Source: the human T2T-CHM13v2.0 reference genome, Homo sapiens. From it: 64,000 nucleotides of DNA. Positions 33,862-64,000 of the stretch are shown here, piece by piece. Position numbers and translations under genes: made by a program. Numbering within the stretch: position 1 is the stretch's first letter; the number at the start of each line of letters is the position of its first letter. The stretch is from the NCBI RefSeq assembly GCF_009914755.1, contig NC_060943.1; one strand, 5' to 3'. The notes under the pieces were generated by a model, which did no database searches, had not been told where the DNA came from, and saw only the letters and a list, made by a program, of their open reading frames with translations.

Positions 33862-36397
33862 ATGAAATCATTCAGCCGGATCCTCTTCCTCGTCTTCCTC
33901 CTCGCCGGCCTGAGGTCCAAGGCCGCTCCCTCAGCCCCTCTGCCTTTGGGCTGTGGCTTTCCGGACATGGCCCACCCCTCTGAGACTTCCCCTCTGAAGG
34001 GTGCTTCTGAAAATTCCAAACGAGATCGCCTTAACCCAGAATTTCCTGGGACTCCTTACCCTGAGCCTTCCAAGCTACCTCATACGGTTTCCCTGGAAAC
34101 CTTCCCACTTGACTTCACTGAGCCCCTCAACCCTGACCTCCGAGAAACCCCGCACCCAGAGTCTCCTGAGACCCCCAAAGCTGACTCACTCACAACCTCA
34201 ATATCAGAATCCCTGGACATGCCCAAAACTAACCTCTCCAAAATGGCACACCCAGAGTCTTCTGAGACCCCCACACCTGGCCCAACTGAAATGCCACACC
34301 CAGGATCCCCTGAGACCCCCAAACCTAACTTCTCCAAAACTTCACGCCCAGAATTTCCTGAGACCCCAAACACTGACCTTATGCAAACTACACCCCAAGA
34401 ATCCCCAGAGATTCTGCAGCTTAATGCCACTGAAGTCTCACAGGCAGAACTCCCCGAGACCTCAAACACTAACCCTACCAAGACCCCTGACCCCAAATCC
34501 CCAGAAAAGCATGACCTCAACTCCACTGAGACCCCAAACTCTGAATTTCTCCAAGCTCTCCATCCTGACCCTTCTAAAACCCCCCACCCAGAATCCCATG
34601 TGACCCACAATCCCAGCCCCACCGAAATTTCCCAAACAGAATTCCCCACAACCTACTACCAAAATGCAACAGATGTACCCAGGACCTCCGACCCTCAAAT
34701 CTCCACTAGTCTCTACCCAGAAACACCTGTGCCCTTCAAGGATGACGCCACTGCTCTAAATGAGCTGTCCCTGAATCCCAAACCAGGAACACCTGCAGCC
34801 ATCCAGCCCGACTCCCCAAAATTGCCCACTTCAGATTCTCCAGGAATGGTTGAGCTGAAGGCCCCCCAGAACTCTGGCCCTAAGGAGTCCAACGCCCCTC
34901 CTCCCTCAGCCCGGATTGCAGGTCCCCCTGCTCTTCCAGGGCGCCCCAGTCAGTTGGCCCCTGCCACTCTGCGGGCACCCCAGAGGCACAGCCGAGGTGA
35001 GGGAGTCAACACCATCATCGTGGTGGAGCGAGTGAAGGAGACCGGTGAGGGGCAGGAGCCGGACTCCTGAGTCTGAGGGAGGGGCTGGGGGCCTGGACTC
35101 CTGGGTCCGAGGGAGGAGGGGCTGGGGGCCTGGACTCCTGGGTGCGAGGGAGGAGGGGCTGGGGGCCTGGACTCCTGGGTCCGAGGGAGGAGGGGCTGGG
35201 GGCCTGGACTCCTGGGTGCGAGGGAGGAGGGGCTGGGGGCCTGGACTCCTGGGTCCGAGGGAGGAGGGGCTGGGGGCCTGGGCTCCTGGGTCTGAGGGAG
35301 GAGGGGCTGGGGGCCTGGACTCCTGGGTCCGAGGGAGGAGGGGCTGGGGGCCTGGACTCCTGGGTGCGAGGGAGGACCGGCTGGGGTCTGGACTCCTGGG
35401 TCTGAGGGAGAAGGGTTTGGGAACAGGAATTCCTGGATCTGAGGGAGGAGGGGCTAGGAGCTTGGACCCCTGGGTCTGAGAGAGGAGGGGGTTAGGAGCT
35501 TAGATTGCTGGTATCCCCCTTCAGGCGTGACTCTGGTGGGGCGACCACGTGGCGCAGCAGGCGGGGCCCTCTGCCTGTTCTTCGCGGGGACCGCGCTGCT
35601 GATCGGCATCTTTGTGCTGCTGTGGTGTCTTTACCGCCGGGCAGCTAGACAGCGGCCCTTCGCACATCACCGGCTTCCGGACGACGGAGATGAACCGGGT
35701 GAGCGCCCTGCCCCTTGAATGCCTGCACTTTTCCATAACCTGGTCTCTCCCGGCACTACAGGGCGCCAGCCAAAAAAGCACAGGTCCCCCACCCAAGGTC
35801 AATGAAAGCCCTGGCTCTTCCATGGCAACGTCCAGCCCCCTAAATGTCTGCAATTTCACCCAAGAGTCCAGTGCCGCTCCCAATGCGGTTGGAAACGGCT
35901 TCAGGCCCAGAGCCGGCCGTCCCCGCCAGCCCCGCCCCTGCCCCTCCAGGTACGCGGCCCGGAGCCCTGTACTTCCCGCCCTCCACTGCAGGCCCCGCCG
36001 CTGCTGATCGGACGCCACGCCTCCTGGTTTCTGCAGCGGCCCCCACCCTTTTTATTGAAAACTCAGTTCAAATGCAGAATCGGAATCCTCTCTCCGGCCT
36101 CCTGATCGGTCGGCCGCACAAAAGCGGCCCTGGAGATGATCTGGAAGGGGGCCTGGAGGGTCAGCCCAGAGATGACCACGCCCCTTTGCACCCACAGTTC
36201 TGCATTTGGACGCCCCGAAAGACCCCTACGACCTCTACTTTTATGCTCCGGATACCTGGGTCCCTTCCCACATCGCCACCAAGCAGCCCCCGCCCACACC
36301 TCCTCTGCCACCAAAGCTGCCCCCGCCGCCCCGCGGGGGTCGCCCGCAGCGTCTGGAGGCCCTGTCCCCCGCCACGCTCCCCAACAACTTCGTGTGA
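33862..36397 (+). CDS. GFY: Golgi-associated olfactory signaling regulator (Goofy), type I membrane protein, 518 aa
   Basis: Exons 33862-35044, 35525-35698, 36198-36397 (1557 nt). Signal peptide [25 protein letters not shown]-rich lumenal region with HPESPETP-like repeats, TM segment ([23 protein letters not shown]), Pro-rich tail. Confidence 0.93.
35059..35500 (+). repeat. MSR1-type ~37-bp minisatellite (GFY intron)
   Basis: About 11-12 copies of GGACTCCTGGGTCTGAGGGAGGAGGGGCTGGGGGCCT; this family is characteristic of 19q13. Confidence 0.88.
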
Positions 36398-36545
36398 GCC
36401 CCACCGAGTTCTGCCGGACCTGCACATCCCCACAGTGAAGGAAAACCCTGCGCTTCTGGTATGCTTAGCTAGAGTAGTGCCCCGGATAAAGGGTCTAATA
36501 TACAGAGATGCTTGCGCTGTGATCAGAGAACAAGGTCTGAGACCG

Positions 36546-36551
36546 AATAAA
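36546..36551 (+). terminator. GFY: GFY poly(A) signal
   Basis: AATAAA ~150 nt after the stop codon. Confidence 0.75.
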
Positions 36552-36589
36552 TATCATGTTCCCATGGCTAGACCCCTCCTCTGGCCTGA

Positions 36590-36945
36590 GCCCTGGGGTG
36601 GGAGGGGCTGGAGTCTGAGACCGCTGAAACTTGGGGAGGAGAGGCTGGGGTCTGGACCCCTGGGTCTGAGGGAGGAGGGGCTGGGGCCTGGACTCCTGGT
36701 CTGAGGGAGGAGGGGCGGGGGTCTGGACTCCTGGGTCTGAGGGAGGAGGGGCTGGGGCCTGGACTCCTGGGTCCGGGAGAGGAGGGGCTGGGGCCTGGAC
36801 TCCTGGGTCCGGGAGAGGAGGGGCTGGGGGCCTGAAACCCTGGGTCTGAGGGAGGAGGGGCTGGGGCCTGGATCCCTGGAACTGAGGAAGGAGGAGCTAG
36901 GGGCCTGAACTCCTCGGTCTGAGGGAGGACGGGGCTGGGGACCAG
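36590..36945 (+). repeat. MSR1-type minisatellite between GFY and SLC17A7
   Basis: About 8-9 copies of the same unit. Confidence 0.88.
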
Positions 36946-36996
36946 GATGCCTGTGACCTCCACAGCCAAGAACAACTGAGCCTATACACCAAAGCT

Positions 36997-37002
36997 TTTA
37001 TT
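36997..37002 (-). terminator. SLC17A7: SLC17A7 poly(A) signal (~1.1-kb 3'UTR)
   Basis: TTTATT on +. Confidence 0.75.
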
Positions 37003-38097
37003 GGGAGTGGGGCAGGGCAGGATTTACAGTCACAGAGACAGAGACACAAAGACACAACCCTGCACTGGGAAAAAACACCCCTGTCTCCTGCCCCATTCCC
37101 TTTCATGGGATTCTGTGACTTCTCTATAGGTTCCCCAAATTCTAAGCTGAAAGAGGGGTGTCTGAGAGGGGAAGGATCCCAGATTTTGAGTCATTAAGCC
37201 CCTGAGGGACACAACAAATGGCCACTGAGAAACAGGGTAGTTCGAAACCACCCAGGAGAATAAAGTGCGAGGAATTGGGGAGGGGGCATCATGAAACCAC
37301 CATGGGGGAGTTCAATGGTGGTAGCTTCAAACCTTTGAGTTCATGGACTGGAGCAGCCACTATTTAGACCTGAAAACCATGTCAGAAAAAGTGCACGGGG
37401 GTAGAGAGGCATATTGTTAAAATTGCGATTTTGGTTGTTTCCCCAGACATTATGCTAAGCTAGGGAGAAGAGGGTCTTGAGAAATTTGGTGCTTTCGCAG
37501 AATCTGCTGGTAGGGGAGATGTGAAGTGGGCACGGAATCGGGGACTTGAAACCGCCATTTTCCATCAGAAACGCTGGTGAGAATCAATCCCTGGAATGGC
37601 GGGGACGAGTAATTGGTTAAACCAATCTGGAAGATGCAGAACAGAGTTGGGAGAGATTTGAAACTTCTAGAGGAGGACCTTGAATTTTTCTGAAAGGAGA
37701 TGGGAGCTGAGTGATCTCAAAGGTTAGCCTGAGAGTCCCTGGAGATAAAGGAAAGCGGGGGGTGTGGGTGCCTCAAAACCACAAGAGAGAGTAAGAGGTC
37801 GAACTGTCCATTCAAATAAAGCCCTGAAAGGAGAGATTTGAAACCACTGAGGCAGAACGGGTGGAGAGGGAACCTTTAGGGGAATTTGGGTATCCTTGAA
37901 ACTGTCAGTCTGCAGCTTCACTACCCCTGAGAGGCAATTGGGAAGGAAAGAGGATTTGACAGCACTGGGAACAAGGGAGAGTGCTTCTTAGGCCTGAGGC
38001 AGGACAGAGAGGAGCAGGGTTCCTTGACACTGTCACTCAGGCCAGAGATGAGTGGAATGGAGGTCCTGGAAACTGCCATTCAGTGGGAGGCACATGG

Positions 38098-48957
<10,860 letters not shown>

Positions 48958-49914
48958 GGTGGCGGCTCCTGCCGCCGGTCACCCCGCGGGTCCCCCCCGC
49001 CGATCCCCCCGCCCGCGGGCCCGGGCGGCCGCGTCCGGGTTCCCGGGGTCCGCCCCGGCCCGGCCGGCCCCGCAGCTCCGCTCGGGGGGAAGGAGGCTGC
49101 AAGTGCAGGCGGCCCGGGGGCTGTCACAGGACTCAGCGCCGGGGGCGGGGCGCGGGAGGCCCCGCCCCGGCCCCACCAGGCCCCTCCCCTCGTCTGTCAG
49201 ACCGGCCCCCTCTCGCAGCCCTTTCATCCTCGTCCTGTCCCCTCCTGAGCCTTCCAAGACCACGCCTGTGGGTTCTGAACTCACGCCTCCGAGTTCACGC
49301 CCCCCAATTCTGTTCCTTCCCCAGGCTACTCCCCCTATCCCTGTTCCATCACCCCTGGCTCCTACCCAGATTTTCTCTCCTCTCCTGAGTTCTCATCCCC
49401 ATCATTTCTCTCCCCGACTTCTGTTCCCCCTAATTGCGTCCCTTACAATCCTGTCTTCTCTGACTTTCCCTCTGCGTTCATCCTCCAGTTCCTTCACTCC
49501 TCCCCGCCCCCACCCCGCAATTCCATCCCCATCCCACCTCGTCCCCAGTTCCAATAGTCTCATCCAGGGAGTTCTTTGTTTTCTCATTCAAGGGAAATTC
49601 TTTCCCCTCAAGTCCAACGCCTACTTCGATCCACCTGTCGTCCCCCTCTAGTCCCTTTCGCCACCCGGGTTCTTCACCCTTGAGCTCCATCTCCTCCTTA
49701 GTTTCCATCTTTCCCCTTTGAATCCCATACTCCTCCAGCTCTATTCTCCCTCCGGCGTCTCTCTCCTCCCTGTTGCTTCTCTCCCTGAGTTTCATTCCCT
49801 AACCCCGATTTTCTTCCCTCTGGCTTCCGCCCCCCACAGTTATATTTCACACACCCCGCCAGTGCCAGCTGCGACCCCATAGTCTCCCCATTGTGTTATT
49901 TCTCTGCTCCTCTG

Positions 49915-50690
49915 GGATCTGTCCGCGCTCTGAGTTCTTCCCTAGCTCCGGGGGATCCATTCCTCTATTTGAGTTCTGTCTCCACCCCCTGAGATCTGTC
50001 CCGCCCCCTAAATTGTGATCCGCACCCCCTGGCATCCTCACCCGCCCTCTGAATTTGTCTCCTCCCCTAGGATCTGTCGCTGACCTGAGTTCTGCCCCCG
50101 CCCTCTGAGTTCTCTCCCCACCGTTGGAGTTGTGTCCCCTTCTCCTAGGATCTGTCCCTGGCTCTGTTCTCGCCCTCTCAGTTCTGTCCTTGCCCCCTGG
50201 AATCTGTTCCTGCCATCTGAGTTCTACCCCTTCCCCACAGGATCTATCTCTGCCCCCTGGAATCTGTCCCCACCCACCGAGTTCTGGCCTCCGTCCCTGG
50301 GATCTGTCCCCGCCCTCTGTGTTCTACCCCTGCCCCATGGGATCTGTCCCCGCCCACCCAGTTCTCCCCGCCCCCTGGATCTCTCCCTACCCTCCCAGTC
50401 TTGCCCCGGCCCCATGGGATCTGTCCCCGCCCTCCGACTTCTGACCCTCGCCACTGGGATCTGTCCTCGACCTCCCAGTCCTGCCTCCGCCCCCGGAATC
50501 TGACCCCGCCCACCGAGCTCTGGCCTCCGCCCCTGAGATCTGTCCCCGCCCTCCCAGTCTTGCCCCTGCCCCATGGGATCTGTCCCCCGCCCACCGCCTC
50601 CGCCTCTGGGATCTGTCCCTGCCCTCCCAGTCCTGCTCCCACCCCCGGAATCTGTCCCCGCCCACCGAACTCTGTCTCCACGCCGGAATT
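49915..50690. repeat. Degenerate ~39-bp tandem repeat (GGATCTGTCCCCGCCC core)
   Basis: Core recurs at ~50300, 50339, 50417, 50457, 50496, 50536, 50577, 50609 and 50648, with more diverged copies upstream. Confidence 0.8.
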
Positions 50691-51647
50691 CCAGCGCCGC
50701 CCCGTTGGGTAGAGCCCGGCCCTTCCCTGTCCTGGGCCCGCAGACAGGGTCCCGCCCCGCTCCTGTCCTCAGACCAGCCCATCTCCCGGCGCTGAGTCCA
50801 CCTCCAGATCCAAGCCCCAGGAGGGTGATCCTTTCCCCACTACCTCCCCGCGTCGGGCCGCAAATGCATTTGGTATTAAATTTTCATGATGCGGCCCGCG
50901 GTGGGGTGGGAGGAGCAGACGGCGCGTCGGGCGGGCGCCAAGGACGGGGTGGCCGGGAAGCCACTGACCGCCGCAGCCTCTCGCTTCCAGCCTTGACTGG
51001 CTGTGTCTCTGGGTCTCACAGCTTTGAGAAACCCCTGGGACCCCAGAACGGAGGACGCTGCGGGTCTGAGGCAGGAGGGAGGTAGGAACTGGGACTCGTG
51101 GGGCTGAAGTAGCAGCGCGGGAGCCGCTCACACGCGCCACCCAGTGGCTGCAGAGTCCCCGGCCCGGGTGCGGAGGCGGTGGTTGCGGCTCGGGGCCAGG
51201 TGTGAGGGTGGAGCAGATGGTGAAGAGGAGGGAGTGGGAAGCGGGCCCCGCCGCTGCCAAAACTTGGGCCTTTGCCGAAACCATCGCCATGGAAACCGAG
51301 GAAGGAGGAAAGGACTCAGCCCCACACTTTTTCAGGACCTGGGAATGAGTTACTCGGCCCCCTCCAGCGGCTCACCGTCCCAACCACAAGTCCCAGCGGC
51401 CTCTGAGCCTCAGCGCTCGTTTGAGAAGGGCCGCGCACTCCGAGGGCCGCTGGGAGATGTAGTTCTCTGAGACGATGGGCAGGGAAAGGTTGCGCCCTCT
51501 GGTGGACACGGCGCCCACGTTCGCTCATCCGTTCCGCGGCCGGAAAGACCCTACCTGAAGTCACTCCCACCCTGACCTCTTCCCCGTCTTTTCTCCCCCT
51601 CCCTCACAATTCACCCCATTGCAGACACATTGTGCTTGCCTGCCTGC

Positions 51648-51852
51648 CTTTTCTTTCCTTCCTTCCTCTTCTTTCTCTTCTTTTTTCTTTCCTTCCTTCA
51701 TTCCTTCTTCTTTCTCTGTCTTCCTTCCTTTCCCCTTCCTCCTTCCTTTTTCTTTCTCTTCTTTTTTCTTTCCTTCTTTCTTCCTTCTTTCCTTCCTTCC
51801 TCCTTTCTTCGTTCGTTCCTTCCTTCCTCCTTTCCTTCCTCCCTTCCTTCCT
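51648..51852. repeat. (TTCC/TTTC)n pyrimidine tract (expanded Alu tail)
   Basis: Low-complexity run abutting an antisense Alu fragment. Confidence 0.85.
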
Positions 51853-53439
<1,587 letters not shown>

Positions 53440-53777
53440 CAACCCTGTCTCTTAAACATAAAAGTGAGCCATGACCCGGGGCTCAGATCACACAGAGCCT
53501 TGAGTGCTTGGCTGAGGGGCTTGGACCTTCTCCCAGGGCGGCTGGGGAGCCACAGGAGGGCTGTGAAGAAGGAAAGTGCAGGGCCAGCTCTGGGGCCTGG
53601 GGAGGACTAACTAGGGGAGACTGGAGGCCAGGAGGCTTCAGGGAGGATCCAGGGGGAAGGATGAGGCCTGAGCTGGGGCAGTGACCTCTATAGGACTGGA
53701 GGGGCACAGCCCAATGTCCCTCTTCCCTCCCAACACCCACATATCCCCAGTCAGAGACAGAACAAAGGCAAAAATCT

Positions 53778-53783
53778 TTTATT
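53778..53783 (-). terminator. PIH1D1: PIH1D1 poly(A) signal
   Basis: TTTATT on +, ~65 nt past the stop codon. Confidence 0.8.
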
Positions 53784-53846
53784 TCAACTTTTAGGGTAGC
53801 CAGCAGCCTCTTCTCCACATCTCAGAAGCACAAGGAGACACCCTGA

Positions 53847-59032
<5,186 letters not shown>

Positions 59033-59169
59033 GGCCCTGGGAAAGAGATCTAGGCGTCCTCGAGACCCTCAACGTGGGAAACTTTGCCCAGGATCCGAAC
59101 CCCAGTGCCTGCTCTGGCCCTCAATCGACTCCGGATACCTACTATCCTGTTCAAAAACCTAAGACTGGC

Positions 59170-60775
59170 CTAAGACTACATTTCCATTCAAGACCGAACA
59201 CCATCGTCAAATCCGTTGGGAATATGTGTCTCTAGACGCACTACCCTCCGTCCTACGTGCCGAACTGTAAACGAAGCCACACTTCCGGTCTATCGGTAAA
59301 CACAGGACTGGAGTATGCCACACTTCCGAGTACCCCAGTGTTCATTCACAAGCTGCTATCGCGTTATCGACAAGCCACGCCCCTCGCATCAATCAAAAAT
59401 AAACCCCAAGGCGGATCCCTGAATGCCACACTTCCTGTATCTATGAAAGCCACACTTCCGGCTGGGCGCTGTGGCTCCTACCGGTAGTCCCAGCACTTTG
59501 GAAGGCCAGGGCAAGAGGATCGCTTGAGGCCAGGAGTTCGAAACCAGCTTGGGCAATACAATGAGATAACGTCCCACACCCCATCTCTTAAAAAAAAAAA
59601 AAAAAAGCGCCAGACTTCCACTCTTTCCACAACCAAAACTGGCCCCCTTACTTTGCAGTGAAGGTTGCATTTTCCAAACCTTAATCTCAATGTCCATCCT
59701 AAAAGGTACCCTTTTTATCTTTGAATTATCACTTCCTGCCAGCTCTAGATCCTAATACGTCCAGATCTAGACCCGCCAGGTCTAGATCTAGATCTAGACC
59801 TCTAGTCAATATAATTAGAACTAAAAGCTGCACTTTGAGGCTGGGAGGCCGAGGTAGGAGGATCGCTTGAGCCCAGGAGTTCGAGACCAGCCTGAGCAAC
59901 ATAGCAAGATCCTGTCTCTACCAAAAAAAAAAAAAAAAAAAAATTAGCCAGGCTTGATGGCACCTGCCTGTAGTCCCAGCTACTGTGCAGGCTGACGCAG
60001 GAGTAATGTTTAAACCTGAAAAGTCGAGGCGACAGTAAGCCGTGATCGGACCACTGCACTCCAGCCCTGGGCGACAGAGGGAGACCCTGTCTCAAGAAAA
60101 TAAAAGGTAAAACAAAACCTGCACTTCCTGCTACTATAAAACAAGGCACTGGGAAGACACATCAATAGGACGACCCTTTTTTTTTTATTACTATTTTTTT
60201 TTTAGACACAGTCTCCCTTTGCCACCCAGGCTGGAGTGCAGTGGCGCGATCTCGGCTCACTGAAACGTACACCTTCTGGGTTCAAGTGATTCTCCCGCCT
60301 CAGCCTCTTGAGTAGCTGAGATTACAGGCGCGCACCACCACAGCTCGGCTAATGCTTGTATTTTTAGTAGAGACGGGGTTTCACCAAATTGGTCAGGCTG
60401 GTCTCGAACTCCCGACCTTAGGTGATCCGCCCGCCTCGGCCTCCCGAAGTGCTGGGATTACAGCCAAGAGCCATCGTGCCGGGCCACGCCGATCCTTATA
60501 AATCCGGAGCCCTCCTAACTATTCGCAAAGTACCCACATCGCCGTCTCCCCTTCCTCCCCGTTTTAAGCAGTGCGCATGCTCCTAAATACGCTTCCCCGT
60601 GGGGGACGTAGGCGGGGCCATCGGGTCCTAAGGAAAAAGTGTGGGCGTGGCTGCTCTCTGTATCTTGTAGCCCCGCCCCTTTGGGCTGGAACCGGAGGTG
60701 TCGCTCTTCGGACCTCAAGGTTCCCCTTAACACAGAGCGCCCCGCAGTCTTCGCGGAAAGCGTTCGGGGTAGGCG
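59170..60775. promoter_or_regulatory. Divergent PIH1D1/ALDH16A1 promoter region (ETS, ZNF143-like, NRF1-like, GC boxes), interrupted by Alus
   Basis: ACTTCCGG at 59281 and 59454; ACTACATTTCCA at 59175; TGCGCATGC at 60572; GC boxes at ~60611, ~60643 and ~60670. Confidence 0.75.
59460..60485. mobile_element. Three Alu/FLAM elements inside the divergent promoter
   Basis: 59460-59606 +, 59838-60100 +, 60177-60485 -. Confidence 0.85.
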
Positions 60776-60865
60776 ATGGCTGCGACGCGTGCAGGGCCCC
60801 GCGCCCGCGAGATCTTCACCTCGCTGGAGTACGGACCGGTGCCGGAGAGCCACGCATGCGCACTG
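60776..60865 (+). CDS. ALDH16A1: Aldehyde dehydrogenase 16 family member A1, coding exon 1 (3'-partial)
   Basis: [30 protein letters not shown] followed by donor CTG|GTGAG; head-to-head with PIH1D1. Confidence 0.92.
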
Positions 60866-61464
60866 GTGAGAGTCTGTCCGGCCGGCGCTGCTCGCTGCGT
60901 TCCCCAGGCCTGGGCGCCCGGTTTTTCGCGGGGAGTCCCGTCATCCACTGCGGTAGCTCAGCCGCTCCGCCTCTCTTAGTCCCCGTGATTCCCGCCGCCC
61001 AATAGGATCGCGCCCTGTAGGACGCTCCCTTGAGCCTTGGCGGTGGCAGCCTTTTAGTCTGTTCCGGTCTTCCCCACTGGTTCTCTTGCCCCTTGATCCT
61101 GAACTCCTCGTAGTGTTTCCGCGGTTTTCCTGAACTCCTCTAGACGCTCTCGTGATTCCTCAGGGTCCCCTCAGAACCTGACGCCACCCACCAGACTCCT
61201 TAGGATTCCTGTGAGGCTCCAGTGACCCACAACCCCCATTGTCTTTCCACGACTCTTCAAAACATCCTATGGCTTCCATGGGCCTCCAGAGCACCCCAGA
61301 CCTCCTGAGGGACTCCCTTCATCCCTTTGATTACCCAGAGACCTTCAGAACTTCCATGGAGCCCCCGTGATCCCATAGGACCCCTCAATACTCGTGGGGT
61401 TCATGTGACCTCATCGGAACTCTCAGGAGCCTAGAATACATCAGGACTTCCGGTTTGGGTTGGG

Positions 61465-64000
<2,536 letters not shown>

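Noticed and set aside
35045-36975. ORFs made of [15 protein letters not shown] repeats and the 286-aa ORF at 35844-36704
   Set aside because: MSR1 repeat translations, or an alternative GC-rich frame over the GFY last exon.

Overview
Human (or great-ape) chromosome 19q13.33-type sequence: GC-rich, Alu-dense and gene-dense. Recognised from the translations and rebuilt exon by exon with GT-AG boundaries. Gene order: KASH5/CCDC155 (+; 18 coding exons 1908-24941, first coding exon upstream of the window), PTH2/TIP39 (-), GFY (+), SLC17A7/VGLUT1 (-), PIH1D1 (-) and exon 1 of ALDH16A1 (+), the last two head-to-head. The four complete genes give intact ORFs of 100, 518, 560 and 290 aa. There are about 40 Alu elements or fragments, several MSR1-type 37-bp minisatellite clusters and other VNTRs. 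I found no new protein-coding system; most ORFs in the supplied track are Alu- or repeat-derived. The best unexplained structure is non-coding: a ~115-bp non-Alu inverted repeat in a KASH5 intron, an orphan RFX/NF-Y/Sp/CRE promoter-like element between KASH5 and PTH2, a phase-compatible alternative first exon of SLC17A7 behind a GC-box tandem array, paired miR-138 sites in the VGLUT1 3'UTR, and a G-rich MSR1 array between the convergent GFY and SLC17A7 poly(A) signals. All coordinates were counted by hand; repeat boundaries are approximate.
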